Positions 37,953-48,454 of a DNA stretch of 64,000 bases are shown one piece after another. Every line of letters begins with the position of its first letter. Positions within the stretch are counted from its first letter, which is position 1. Origin of the DNA: Polyangiaceae bacterium (GTDB lineage: Bacteria; Myxococcota_A; Polyangia; Polyangiales; Polyangiaceae); the NCBI GenBank assembly GCA_050287085.1, contig JBNKBE010000001.1, forward strand, positions 192,001 through 256,000, given 5' to 3'. A program made the position numbers and the translations under genes. The notes below the pieces were generated by a model. The model ran no database searches and was not told where the DNA came from. It was given only the letters and a program-made list of their open reading frames with translations.

Positions 37953-39727
37953 CGTTCTCGACCTGTCTCATTCTCACACGCAAGTGAAACACGATCCCGG
38001 TTAACAAGGGCCAAACCCGGCTTCAGGAACTCATCGATGCGGATCTTGAAGCCCACCTTTCCATCACCCATCACAGCAACGTCCGTGGGGCGGTCCTTCA
38101 CGCACGCATCGTAGGTTAGTGATTGGCACAGCGCCTTTCTGCGTCCGAGCACTTCATCGACAACCAAGATCGCCATGTTTCCTTTGCGGTCTTCGAGCAA
38201 GACGCCGATCGTTGTCGGGGATTGGAGACGTCGAACGTCAGCGCGACCCGGCAGGTGACAGACACGATACGCGCGGCCTTCATACATGGCGCTGACGACT
38301 CCGGCCGGGTCGCAGACGATGCCGAGCTCCGTGCGAGCAACGAAGCGGTGCACATTGCGCAAGGGTAGTAGGAAGATGGATTCGCCCGAACGAACGGCGA
38401 GGCCGTCGACCACCGGTGAGCCCAACTTCGGCACCTGCAAGGTGAACGCGGACCCTTCACCGAGCTCTGTCTGAGTAGCGACGGTACCGCCAGCGCCAAC
38501 GATGTGCTGCTTGACCACGTCCATGCCAACGCCGCGCCCAGACAGCTCTGATACTTGCAGCGCCGTCGAAAACCCTGGAGCAAAGATGTACTCGAGGACT
38601 TCGTCCTTCGACAACGTGGCCGCCGCCCGCTCGTCGAGCAATCGCTTGTCGACAACCTTGCGGCGAACACGCTCAGGGTCAATGCCCCGGCCATCGTCTC
38701 TAAGCGTTACCACGACCATGTCGTCGGTATCTTCGAAAGAGAGGTCCACGCGGGCGCGCTGCGCTTTCGACGTCTTCGAGCGTTCCTCTGGCGTCTCGAT
38801 ACCGTGGTCGGCGGCATTCCGAACCATGTGCATCAACGGATCCTTCAAGATCTGGACGACGTTCTTGTCGATCCGCAGATCCCGCCCCTGGATCACCAAC
38901 TCGATCGCCTTGCCAGTCTTTCGACAAATGTCCCGCAGACTTCGCTCCAGCGGCCCCACGAGCTGAGAAACCGGAACGCGTTGGATGTCGAGCAGCTGCT
39001 CGTAGAGCTTCTCTATCGCAGTGTCAAACTCGCGCGATAGTTGAGTGAGACCGCCCCATCGTTCAGCCTCCTCATGCGTGCTGTTCACCAGATCGCGAGC
39101 CCCCTGATGGACGAAGAACTTGAGTCTCTCATCGATCTGAAACAGCTCGCCGGCGACCTTCATCGAATCGACTATGCATTGGGCGTCGACCCGCAGCTTC
39201 TGACCTGCGCCGCCCCCGCCGTCGGAAGACGCACCCACCTCCGGGCTCACTGGCCCACTAGCTGGGCCGCTGTCGGTGAACACGGGCACTGGTTCTGCAC
39301 CAGCGGTCTGCGTCGGCCCGACGAGCCGTTCAAGCACCTGGAGGCATTCCCCAAGCTGGTCGGAAATGGTCTGCATTTCCAAGCCCGTATCCGTCGACTC
39401 GATCAGCGGGTGCAGTAGATCCACAGCTTCGATCAGCTGCCGCGCCTCGAGCTCCGTAAGAGCGCGCCCGGCTTCGCGCACAACGTCGAGCGCACTCTCA
39501 ATCCGGTGTGCGAAGTTGCTGACGGAGGTGCGCCCCGCCATCGCCGCATTGCCCTTGATGGAATGAAAGCAGCGAAATAGCGAAGCGACGACCTCGGTCC
39601 CCTGGCCCTCGCCGTGTCCAATGGCCCTCAGCGTCCACAAGGCGCTCTCCAAGCTCTCCAGAGCTTCTGCTAGGACCACCTCTATCAGGTCGGCATCAAG
39701 CTCAGTATCGGCATCGTCCGTCGTCAT
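37940..39727 (-). CDS. cheA: Chemotaxis histidine kinase CheA
   Basis: Hpt FRCFHSIKGNA, dimerisation region LRVD, DPLMHMVRNAADHGIE, DDGRGID, FAPGFST, SGRGVGMDVV, C-terminal CheW-like domain. Confidence 0.95.
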   Translation of the reverse strand: MTTDDADTELDADLIEVVLAEALESLESALWTLRAIGHGEGQGTEVVASLFRCFHSIKGNAAMAGRTSVSNFAHRIESALDVVREAGRALTELEARQLIEAVDLLHPLIESTDTGLEMQTISDQLGECLQVLERLVGPTQTAGAEPVPVFTDSGPASGPVSPEVGASSDGGGGAGQKLRVDAQCIVDSMKVAGELFQIDERLKFFVHQGARDLVNSTHEEAERWGGLTQLSREFDTAIEKLYEQLLDIQRVPVSQLVGPLERSLRDICRKTGKAIELVIQGRDLRIDKNVVQILKDPLMHMVRNAADHGIETPEERSKTSKAQRARVDLSFEDTDDMVVVTLRDDGRGIDPERVRRKVVDKRLLDERAAATLSKDEVLEYIFAPGFSTALQVSELSGRGVGMDVVKQHIVGAGGTVATQTELGEGSAFTLQVPKLGSPVVDGLAVRSGESIFLLPLRNVHRFVARTELGIVCDPAGVVSAMYEGRAYRVCHLPGRADVRRLQSPTTIGVLLEDRKGNMAILVVDEVLGRRKALCQSLTYDACVKDRPTDVAVMGDGKVGFKIRIDEFLKPGLALVNRDRVSLACENETGRERCAS

Positions 39728-39935
39728 CCGTTGCGGTAACTCCCTGGCCCCATGTCACAAACGGCAGCGTCGCCCGTTTCGTTAGCCCATGGGTCCCCCC
39801 TCAGACAGTCGGCCCCAGCGACCTAGCGGGACGCTGTCGACAAGCCCGCGCTCGGTCCAAGCTCTGCTCTGAGGTGCGGGCAGCGAGGGCAACGGTTCAG
39901 TCGGGACCGGGATTTTCATCCCCGGTCGGCGCGCT

Positions 39936-40403
39936 CTAGCGGAGTAGGACACTCCGGGCCTCATTCAACTGCCGGGCAAGAAATACCGATCCCCCGGGCT
40001 TGTCGGGGTGTACCGCGGCAATGAGACGCTTGTAGGAGGCGACGATATCGTCCCGAGAAGCCCCTTCCGCCAAGCCAAGCACCTCGAATGCCCGCTCGCG
40101 GGTCATCGCCGAATGTCGGCCATGCTGCGGTTCGCGCGGCGGCGACTGACCAAAACCCCCAGCCTGCCTGGCAACCAGAGCGGGCCATGCGCGGCGCAGG
40201 AGCGGCAGCAGCGCCGCCCCCAAGAGGCCTCCCCAATAGCCCCATTGGCGAGCCAGGAGCAGGCTGACTCCGAGGACGACGACAACTGGCCAAAGACTAT
40301 TCTTCTGGGCAGAAGGCGCGCGAGCGCCTTTGGCGGGGGTTGCGAAGGACAACGCCAACACGACAAGGAGCACGAGCAGAAGCGCCATCACCCCGCTGAG
40401 CAT
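39936..40403 (-). CDS. Membrane-anchored DnaJ-domain protein
   Basis: Hydrophobic N-terminus; C-terminal J domain AFEVLGL...YKRLIAAVHPDKPGGS...LNEARSVL with HPD motif. Confidence 0.85.
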   Translation of the reverse strand: MLSGVMALLLVLLVVLALSFATPAKGARAPSAQKNSLWPVVVVLGVSLLLARQWGYWGGLLGAALLPLLRRAWPALVARQAGGFGQSPPREPQHGRHSAMTRERAFEVLGLAEGASRDDIVASYKRLIAAVHPDKPGGSVFLARQLNEARSVLLR

Positions 40404-40548
40404 AGTGGGCCGACCGCACAACACCAGTCCCCCCTGCGTGAAGCGAGTTCGCGCACCGCGGCCGACGGCTCCCCCGATGAACCGCACGCGGGCGCGCCCG
40501 GCACGACCGACTGTTGCGAGGCCGGGGGCACGGCGCTAGGGTCGCGCC

Positions 40549-41865
40549 ATGCTCCAAGTCAGCGTCCTCCGAGCGCAAGATCGTGACTTTCCCCTCCAGG
40601 TAGCCCGGCTCAAAGAGCGTCTCCACTCGGGCGGACTTGTGGCCGGTGGAGGCACCGAATTAGACGTGCCAAACATCGTCCGCGATATCCTGGAACAGGT
40701 CCGGGTCGGGGGGGACGCAGCGGCCGCCGCCCTTTGTTCCCGCTTGGACCGCGCTGACGTCAAGCCCGAAACCCTGCGCGTGTCCGCAGAGCAGCTTCGT
40801 TCTGCCCACACAGCGATGGATCGCAGCTTCTTGGAATTGATGCGTGCAGCCAGCTCGAATATTCGTGAATACCAAGCGCACATCCGGGTTCAGGCCCCAG
40901 CTCCCCTGGTGCGTGGAGGAAGGCGCCTCGGGGTCCGGTACACTCCCATCGACCGCATCGCCGTCTACGTGCCGGGCGGACAAGCCCTGTACCCGTCTAC
41001 GGTGTTAATGACCGTGATCCCGGCTCAGGTCGCCGGCGTGCGCGAGATCGTGATGATTTCCCCCCCCACGGGCGGCGAGATCAACCCGATGGCGCTGGCT
41101 CTGGCTGAAGAACTTGGAATCCGGGAAGTCTATCGCTTAGGCGGGGCCGTCGGCATTGCCGCTGTAGCTCACGGAACGGAAACGATCGCCCCCGTACAGA
41201 TGATCGTCGGTCCCGGAAACGCGTTCGTTGCGGAGGCCAAGCGTCAGCTCTTCGGCAAAGTGGGTATCGATTCAATTGCTGGTCCGAGCGAAGTCTTCAT
41301 CGTCGCCGACGACACGGCCAATGCAGCCTGGACCGCCGCTGATATGTTGGCGCAGGCGGAGCACAATCCCGGCTCCGCCATCCTGGCCACCCCCTCGGCT
41401 GCCCTGGCCGAAGCCGTGCTCGCCGAACTCGAAGCGCAACTCGCCACCTTGGACCGTGCCGAGCTGACGCGCCCGTCGCTGGAGGCCTACAGCGCCATCT
41501 TGGTGACGCGCTCGCTGGACGAAGCCTGCGCTCTGGCCACCGACTTTGCTACCGAACACCTACAGATCATGACTCGAGCGAATGACGAATGCCTGGCGCA
41601 GATCCGCCACGCGGGCGCGGTATTCGTCGGACACAATACGCCCGTTCCGCTCGGTGACTATTTCGCCGGCCCGTCGCACGTGCTTCCCACCGGCGGCACG
41701 GCAAAGTTCTTCGGGCCGCTCAGCGTCAACAGCTTCCTCAAGTCGACATCCGTACTTGAATACGATGCCAAGGCTGTCGCCGAGGACGGCCCTCACGTCG
41801 ACGACTTTGCACGTCGTGAGGGCCTGACCGCACACGCTCGAGCAGCGCGACTGCGAGTTGAGTAG
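40549..41865 (+). CDS. hisD: Histidinol dehydrogenase
   Basis: YVPGGQALYPSTVLM, GPGNAFVAEAKR, IDSIAGPSEV, LAQAEH, TEHL, GDYFAGPSHVLPT, EGLTAH. Confidence 0.97.
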   Translation: MLQVSVLRAQDRDFPLQVARLKERLHSGGLVAGGGTELDVPNIVRDILEQVRVGGDAAAAALCSRLDRADVKPETLRVSAEQLRSAHTAMDRSFLELMRAASSNIREYQAHIRVQAPAPLVRGGRRLGVRYTPIDRIAVYVPGGQALYPSTVLMTVIPAQVAGVREIVMISPPTGGEINPMALALAEELGIREVYRLGGAVGIAAVAHGTETIAPVQMIVGPGNAFVAEAKRQLFGKVGIDSIAGPSEVFIVADDTANAAWTAADMLAQAEHNPGSAILATPSAALAEAVLAELEAQLATLDRAELTRPSLEAYSAILVTRSLDEACALATDFATEHLQIMTRANDECLAQIRHAGAVFVGHNTPVPLGDYFAGPSHVLPTGGTAKFFGPLSVNSFLKSTSVLEYDAKAVAEDGPHVDDFARREGLTAHARAARLRVE

Positions 41866-41928
41866 TCCCCCCGGAAGCGCCCCGCGGAACGCTTTCCGCA
41901 GGAGACCTTCGGCGCTCCCGCAGGCGTT

Positions 41929-44900
41929 CTAGGACTCCGCCAAGCTCTTGATGTGTGCCAACAGAACCGTCAACAAGGCGAAGCTCGGCGCGGCGGCCGC
42001 CCGCGCTTCGCCCAACATCGCATCGTAGGCGGCCAACGATTCGCCCCGTGTCGCGCACCACAAGGAATATGCGTCCGCGTTCGCTCGACCGCTCGCTACG
42101 TCAATCGCGGCTCGCGCCACTGCCCGATGGACGCGGGCCAGCTCCGCAAGAAGACTCACCACTGCCTGGCGATCCCAGATGCGCTCCGTCGGCAACGCCC
42201 TCGCTGTCGCACGAATCCAACCGACGGCCAGTCGCTCCGCCAGGCTATGGTAGACGAGAGCTGCCGCTTGTGCCTTGACGCCACCACCTTCGGCAAGTTC
42301 GGTCCACTCTCCGGCGCCCGACAGAAGCGGCAGCTGCGCTACCCGCAACGCCGTATCCTCTGGAACGCCCTGCCCCTGCCACGCCTGAGCATGCTCCGCA
42401 ATGGCCTGACACTGCTCGACCGTAACTACCTCCGCCAAATTCCCTTTTAGCTCACGAACGACGCCTTGATAGCGAGCCACGCACTCCGCCATCGAGAGCT
42501 GAGAAACGTTCGCTCCGAGCAGCCAGGTAGTCCAGGCGTACAACGCTCGACCCAGCTCTACGTAGAGCTCCGCTTGCACGGCAGCGCTCACGCTACCATC
42601 CAGGACGTCGACAGCGCGCGTCAACGTATCGATCTCCAGCACATCGCGAGCGACAGCGAATGCCCGAACCACTCGTGCAGGCGATGCCTGCGAAACCTGG
42701 GCGGCTTCGTAGACAAACACCGCACCGCCGAGATTGAGCACGTCGTTGGTCAAACTGGTTGCGATGATCTCTCGGCGCAAACGGTGCTGCTCGATCGCGC
42801 TCTGGAAGCGGCTTCTTAGCGCGCTGGGAAAGTACTCGAAGAGGCGCGTCTGCAGATAGGGCTCGTCGGGCACAGCGGAAGCCAACAGCTCAGCGTAGAG
42901 TTGGTTCTTCGTATGTGACAAGACGACGGAGAGCTCCGGCCGCGTCAATGGGTGACCTCGATGTTTGCGCTCCGACAGGGTGTGGGCGTCGGGTAGGAAC
43001 TCGAGCGTTCGGTCCAGCGCTCCCTGCTTTTCAAGATAGCGCATTAGCGCACCCAAACGCTCGGTGAGGTAATCCCCCAAGTATTGGGTCACACTCAGGC
43101 AGCGGGTCTGAAGGTAGTTGTCTCGAAGCACCAGCGCGGCAACCTCTTCGGTCATCGCGTACAACAAGTCGTCGCGTTGTCTTCGCGTAATCTCCCCTTC
43201 GGCCTCAACGTGCCCGAGCAGGATCTTGATGTTGACTTCATGATCTGAACAGTCGACGCCAGCGGAGTTGTCTATGAAGTCCGTATGGCAGCGCCCGCCG
43301 GCGAGAGCATATTCAACGCGCGCTCGCTGCGTCACTGCAAGATTCGCCCCCTCGCCGATCACCTTCGCTCGCACCTCGCGGCCGTCCACACGCAGGCCGT
43401 CGTTGCTACGGTCACCCACTTCGACGCTCGATTCGCCCGTCGCCTTGACATAGGTGCCAATGCCGCCGAAGAACAGCAATTCAACAGGGGCACGAAGGAT
43501 CGCTCGAATCAGGCTGCTGGGCGCCATCGGCCCCGGCTCGATCGCCAAGCGAGCCGCTACCTCTGCCGAGACCTCTATCGTCTTGGCGGCGCGCTCAAAC
43601 ACTCCCCCACCCTCGGAGATGACCGCCTGATCGTAGTCCGCCCAAGAGCTCTGCGGCAGCTCAAATAGGCGCCGTCGCTCCCGCCAGGAGGGTTCCGGCT
43701 CCGGATTGGGGTCCAGAAAGATGTGCTGGTGGTTGAAAGCTGCGACCAACTGAGTCGCTCGGGAAAGAAGCATTCCGTTGCCGAATACGTCACCGCTCAT
43801 GTCTCCAACGCCGCAAACAGTGAACGATTCGGACTGGATGTCCTTGTTCAGCTCTCGGAAATGACGCTTGACCGACTCCCAGGCGCCGCGCGCCGTGATC
43901 CCCATCTTCTTGTGGTCGTAGCCGGCCGAGCCCCCAGAGGCGAACGCATCGCCCAACCAAAAGCCGTACTCGCTGGAGAGCGCGTTTGCGACGTCCGAAA
44001 ACGTCGCTGTACCCTTATCAGCTGCAACGACAAGATACGGATCCAAGTCGTCATAAACGACCGTACGCGGCGGTGTTTGCACATCGCTCCCAACTCGGTT
44101 GTCCGTCAGGTCCAGCAAGCCACGAATGAAGGTCTTGTACGCCTCAACACCCAATGCCCGCGTCGCGTCGCGCGAGAGCCCCTCGCTGCGGCTCTTGACG
44201 ACAAAGCCGCCCTTGGACCCTACGGGCACGATCACGGCGTTCTTGACCTGCTGAGCCTTCACCAAACCCAAGACTTCTGTGCGAAAGTCCTCGCGGCGAT
44301 CAGACCAACGGAGCCCGCCTCTAGCCACGGGACCAAAGCGCAGGTGCACACCCTCCATTTCGTGCGAGAAGACGAATATCTCTCGATACGGCCTCGGCTC
44401 GGGCAAGCCGTCGATGGCGCGGCTGTCAAACTTCAACGACAGCTGCGGCTTCGGTCGTCCGTCGTGCGTCTGATAGTAATTGGTCCTGAGCGTCGCCCCC
44501 AGCACATTGAGGAACGAGCGCAGTATGCGATCCTCGTCAGAGTTGGCCACGCTGTCCAGGAAGCGCACAGCGGATGCGGAAATCGCGGCCGAACGTTCCG
44601 CACGAGCGGCCATGTCGATGTCCTCGGGCCGAAAACGCGATTGGAAGAGCTCCACCAGCAAGCGAGCAAATGCCGGATAGCGTGCCAACGTTCGCTGCTT
44701 ATACGCCATAGAAAACGGCACGTCCGACTGCTGCAGATACGCCGCATAGGCTCGCAGAAGAAGTATCTCCCTGGCCTTGAGCCCAGCCGCCAGCACCAGC
44801 TTATTGAAGCCGTCATTGGCCATTCGGTTCTGCGACACTGCACGAAAGACGTCCGCGAAGGCGTCGCGAACAGCCGACAGCTCGACCGCTTGCTCGCGCT

Positions 44901-46746
44901 CGACCAGGAGAGTGAAGTCATGGACGAGCATAGGCAGAGTGACGCCCGTTCTTCGGACCTCATACGGCGCCTCTCCCACGACGCGAAGCCCCATGTTCTC
45001 GAGGCGCGGTACTACATCGCTCAACGCGACCGAACCGCTCGTCGCATAGAGTTTCAGCCGCAACTCCGACGGAGCGGCCTCGACGGGACGGAATAGTCGC
45101 AAGGCCATCTCGCCGCCCGAGCGCGCGTCTTCGAATTGGGCGATATCGGCGCAAGCCGCAAGTTCGTCGAAGACCTCCGTGTAGCCAGTCGAAAACGCAC
45201 GACCATATGCCCGAGTCAGCTCGGTACCGCGTAGCTCGCCAAGCTCCTGCAGTAGTGCCGCTTCCAATCGGTCCTCCCAGGAGCGTGCTGCATCCTGGAG
45301 CCGACGCTCGATGGTCCGATGATCGACCACCTCCGCGGGCGCAGCCGTTGTCTTGATGATCAGGTGCAGGCGCGCCAGAGGTTCATCGGTCACCCGCGTG
45401 TAGTACGCCGAAAGGGTCCCACCATAAGAATCACAAAGAATCCGCTGAAAGCGATTGCGAAGTCGCGTATCCAGTCGGTCTCGGGGCACATAGACCAAAC
45501 AGGAGACAAAGCGCTTGAAGGGGTCACGACGAGCGAAGAGAGCCACGCGACGCCGCGTTTGGAGCTCCAATATCCCCTGGCTGATGCGCCACAATTCCTG
45601 GTCGGATACCTGAAAGAGCTCGTCTCGAGGGTAGGTCTCGTAGATTGAAGACAGCGCCTTGTAGCTGAAGCTGCCCGGGAGGTAGCCGGAAGCCGCCAGC
45701 GCGCGCCGAACTTTCGTGCGAAGCAACGGAATATTGGCTGTGCTGCGAGCATATGCCGCCAACGTAAACAAGCCCACTAGGAGGTGGGCTCCTCGCGGGC
45801 TGGCTCCGGGCTCGCAACCCGTAAAGTCGGCGAGCACAACCGCGTCCATATGAACGGAGCGGTGCACTCGCGATCTGGAGTTGGTCTTCAATATCCGAAG
45901 GTACTCGCTGGCGGTCGTACTGCGCAGATCTTCGAGCACCCGTCGATCCGGCTCCCGCAAGACGCCAAGCCCCAGACCCCTGGGGCGCACGCTCATATGT
46001 GACTGACGAGGAAGCAGCTCCACATAGCGGTATCCCAGGTAAACAAAGTGCTTAGCGTGGAGCCAAGCCAAGAACGCCGCGATCTCCTCTCGCTCTTCGT
46101 GTGTGACGAATTCAGGAGCATGAGCCACCTCCTGAGCCATCTCGTGGCACTTCCCCTGCATCTCAGCGAAGTCTTCGATTGAACTCCATACGTCAGAGAC
46201 CACGGCCCGCAGACTCTTTTCGATCTCATCGTGCGCGTCCTGCGCGAGTCCTCGAACCCGTAGATGGATGAAAGAGGTCAGTCCTTCGCGCGTGCCATTC
46301 TCCGGCTTCTTTACCGATAGCCCCCCCTCCGGGCCTTGGACCTCTTCCAATATCGGGTGAGCCAGAAACAAGATGTCCGCCCCTACTCGCATCAAGTCAG
46401 CGATGATGGAGTCGAGCAGAAAGGGCATGTCCTGCTGAACAAGCTCAACAACCGTGAGCGGGGTGTGCCAGCCATGCTCCTCTTGATTGGGCGTGAATAC
46501 TCGAAGCGCCGGCGACGTCTCGGAACGCCCTTCGGCAAAGCGAAGCAGCGACACTGCGGCGGCGTAGAGATGATCGGGCCTTTGACCTCCAAGTTCGTGC
46601 GGCGATACATCCGCGTAGAGCGAGAGCGCGAAACCAGCGATGCGCTCAGCGTCCTCCGCCGGAAAGCGCGCCCGAACGAGCGCCCCGAGTTGCTCCAACA
46701 TGTCCCGCTTGCTCAGTTCGAGTTCTACTTGGTCGGACTCCGTCAC
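41929..46746 (-). CDS. gdhB: Large NAD-specific glutamate dehydrogenase (~1600 aa type)
   Basis: DMPFLLDS, VARGGLRWSDRREDFRTEVLGLVKAQQVKNAVIVPVGSKGGF, VAADKGTATFSD, GDMSGDVFGNGML, DNSAGVDCSDHEVNIK. Confidence 0.96.
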   Translation of the reverse strand: MTESDQVELELSKRDMLEQLGALVRARFPAEDAERIAGFALSLYADVSPHELGGQRPDHLYAAAVSLLRFAEGRSETSPALRVFTPNQEEHGWHTPLTVVELVQQDMPFLLDSIIADLMRVGADILFLAHPILEEVQGPEGGLSVKKPENGTREGLTSFIHLRVRGLAQDAHDEIEKSLRAVVSDVWSSIEDFAEMQGKCHEMAQEVAHAPEFVTHEEREEIAAFLAWLHAKHFVYLGYRYVELLPRQSHMSVRPRGLGLGVLREPDRRVLEDLRSTTASEYLRILKTNSRSRVHRSVHMDAVVLADFTGCEPGASPRGAHLLVGLFTLAAYARSTANIPLLRTKVRRALAASGYLPGSFSYKALSSIYETYPRDELFQVSDQELWRISQGILELQTRRRVALFARRDPFKRFVSCLVYVPRDRLDTRLRNRFQRILCDSYGGTLSAYYTRVTDEPLARLHLIIKTTAAPAEVVDHRTIERRLQDAARSWEDRLEAALLQELGELRGTELTRAYGRAFSTGYTEVFDELAACADIAQFEDARSGGEMALRLFRPVEAAPSELRLKLYATSGSVALSDVVPRLENMGLRVVGEAPYEVRRTGVTLPMLVHDFTLLVEREQAVELSAVRDAFADVFRAVSQNRMANDGFNKLVLAAGLKAREILLLRAYAAYLQQSDVPFSMAYKQRTLARYPAFARLLVELFQSRFRPEDIDMAARAERSAAISASAVRFLDSVANSDEDRILRSFLNVLGATLRTNYYQTHDGRPKPQLSLKFDSRAIDGLPEPRPYREIFVFSHEMEGVHLRFGPVARGGLRWSDRREDFRTEVLGLVKAQQVKNAVIVPVGSKGGFVVKSRSEGLSRDATRALGVEAYKTFIRGLLDLTDNRVGSDVQTPPRTVVYDDLDPYLVVAADKGTATFSDVANALSSEYGFWLGDAFASGGSAGYDHKKMGITARGAWESVKRHFRELNKDIQSESFTVCGVGDMSGDVFGNGMLLSRATQLVAAFNHQHIFLDPNPEPEPSWRERRRLFELPQSSWADYDQAVISEGGGVFERAAKTIEVSAEVAARLAIEPGPMAPSSLIRAILRAPVELLFFGGIGTYVKATGESSVEVGDRSNDGLRVDGREVRAKVIGEGANLAVTQRARVEYALAGGRCHTDFIDNSAGVDCSDHEVNIKILLGHVEAEGEITRRQRDDLLYAMTEEVAALVLRDNYLQTRCLSVTQYLGDYLTERLGALMRYLEKQGALDRTLEFLPDAHTLSERKHRGHPLTRPELSVVLSHTKNQLYAELLASAVPDEPYLQTRLFEYFPSALRSRFQSAIEQHRLRREIIATSLTNDVLNLGGAVFVYEAAQVSQASPARVVRAFAVARDVLEIDTLTRAVDVLDGSVSAAVQAELYVELGRALYAWTTWLLGANVSQLSMAECVARYQGVVRELKGNLAEVVTVEQCQAIAEHAQAWQGQGVPEDTALRVAQLPLLSGAGEWTELAEGGGVKAQAAALVYHSLAERLAVGWIRATARALPTERIWDRQAVVSLLAELARVHRAVARAAIDVASGRANADAYSLWCATRGESLAAYDAMLGEARAAAAPSFALLTVLLAHIKSLAES

Positions 46747-46806
46747 AGCATTCTCCCGGGCAATAGTCTGTACTGCCCCACATGTACGACCGTTCCCAGT
46801 CCGGCG

Positions 46807-47796
46807 CTAGTCTTCAACGGCGCGCTCGGCCCTCAGCGGCGTTCCACGCATGGCCCTGACGCCGCCGAAACGAAGCCAACGGGGAGCGTGCCTACGCCGC
46901 GGAGCAAACGAGCGTCCGGCCCGGTCGTCGGCAAACGGGCTGGCGACCAGGAGCGCTCCGCTCAAGAAGATGGAGGGGCTGAAGTCGATGGTCAGAACGA
47001 GCGCCGTCCCAGCGTGGAAAGCGATCAGCATCAGCCCAAATCCGCGCTGAAAGCGAGGGTTCGTGGCCAGCCAGACGCCGGCCACCTGAAGAAGAACAAG
47101 ACCCCACAGCATGGCCCAGCCAGTGAGCGGGTGCTGAAACAGCCACTCGCTGAACACGCTCGCATCGGTGGTCTGCGAGAGCCGTGCCGCCACGTGACGC
47201 GACATTGCGTCGGGAGAGAACAAGCTCGGTTGTCCAACGGCGAGCTGATAGCCGGCGCCCAGAATCTTTCCCACCCCAGCCAGGGTGTACGACGCTCCAA
47301 AGACCCACTGGAAGGCGGCAAATAGAATCAGAATGCGCTGACGTTGGAGTCGCGATATCCGAGTTGGTTCCGTCCACCCATGAGGCGCCCAGAGCCAGAG
47401 CGCCAGAAGCAGAACCCAAAGATGCATCAGGTGGTGTATCTTTCCGAACGAGAACTCGATGGCGAGCGCTTCAAGCAGTCCGAGTAGAAGCAACCACCGC
47501 GCCCAATACTCCCTCGCGAAGGCGGCCCCCACCGCCAGCATGGCAAGAAGTGCCGTGATGACGAGCCCCGTGGAGAAGGGGGCAAGACCCTTGGGAAACC
47601 AATACGCGGGCCACAAGCGCTCCGCGTGTTCAGCGCCAAGGGCTCGGCTTAACTCGGGCACGCGCGTGGAAACCCAGTATACAGGGAAGAACAATACGCC
47701 ACGTATGAGTGCGACGACGCGTTCGGTACGGAGCCGCTGAATGAGACACGCGTCCTGGAGCGACGGCGCCGCAGGCGGAGAATTCAAGACCGTCAT
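46807..47796 (-). CDS. Polytopic membrane protein, HTTM/SdpB-like
   Basis: About 7 TM helices; SFGKIHH, YTLAGVGKI (YxxAGxxK) and LIAFHAGTAL motifs resemble HTTM / vitamin-K-dependent-carboxylase-like proteins; ATGA overlap with the upstream gene. Confidence 0.65.
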   Translation of the reverse strand: MTVLNSPPAAPSLQDACLIQRLRTERVVALIRGVLFFPVYWVSTRVPELSRALGAEHAERLWPAYWFPKGLAPFSTGLVITALLAMLAVGAAFAREYWARWLLLLGLLEALAIEFSFGKIHHLMHLWVLLLALWLWAPHGWTEPTRISRLQRQRILILFAAFQWVFGASYTLAGVGKILGAGYQLAVGQPSLFSPDAMSRHVAARLSQTTDASVFSEWLFQHPLTGWAMLWGLVLLQVAGVWLATNPRFQRGFGLMLIAFHAGTALVLTIDFSPSIFLSGALLVASPFADDRAGRSFAPRRRHAPRWLRFGGVRAMRGTPLRAERAVED

Positions 47797-48341
47797 CGTT
47801 TCGTCCCCGGCGCCGAGCTGCCGCTCCCCTCCCCGAAGCTGGCGCAGGCGAACTCGCCAAGTGGGCGAGAATGGTGCCACCTCTCTCTCAGCAGGTCCAT
47901 GGGTTGTCCACTTACCCGCAGAATACGGTAGCGACACGAACTCGGAAGAAATGGTCCGTCCAGCAATCGCCGCACGTGGCTCACCTCGCTTGGGTCCTTT
48001 CGCCAAAGAGCCTCTCCCAATGACTGCACCAGGTAGTACGCTTCGACCGGCAAGGGTTCCGCCCGCGGAGGGAAGTGTCGCAGCGTGAGCGGCTCGGGAA
48101 GACGACGCCCTCCCTGCTCCGTCACTACGAGTTCATACCGTACTTCCGTGGTGGGTGTCAGCGGGAACAAGAACCAAGAGAAGAACGGAAACACCTCATA
48201 GCCCGGAACGAGCAGACCTCCCCACAACGCCGCGACGGCGTAGCCCAGCGCAGCCCAGCGCAGGCCCCGACGCAGCCCGCGCAAGGAACGGAGCGCAGCT
48301 CCCCGGCACTCGCCGCCGTCTCGTCGTCCTTCAGGTTTCAC
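47793..48341 (-). CDS. Hypothetical membrane-anchored partner protein
   Basis: One TM helix followed by EVFPFFSWFLF, a motif type seen in HTTM-associated proteins; translationally coupled to the next gene. Confidence 0.6.
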   Translation of the reverse strand: MKPEGRRDGGECRGAALRSLRGLRRGLRWAALGYAVAALWGGLLVPGYEVFPFFSWFLFPLTPTTEVRYELVVTEQGGRRLPEPLTLRHFPPRAEPLPVEAYYLVQSLGEALWRKDPSEVSHVRRLLDGPFLPSSCRYRILRVSGQPMDLLRERWHHSRPLGEFACASFGEGSGSSAPGTKR

Positions 48342-48454
48342 TCAGAAGATGGCTTTGCTGCTTTGGTTGACATTTCTGTGTCTCAGAGGAGACAAGTCCG
48401 TACACTCGGCGAGAATGCTCCGTAGTTTGAGCCGTGAGATGCGATATAGCGGGC

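Noticed and set aside
43723..45096. 457-aa plus-strand ORF (also 46336-47325)
   Set aside because: Antisense shadow of the well-supported NAD-GDH gene; long shadow ORFs are expected at high GC, and it has no recognisable motifs.
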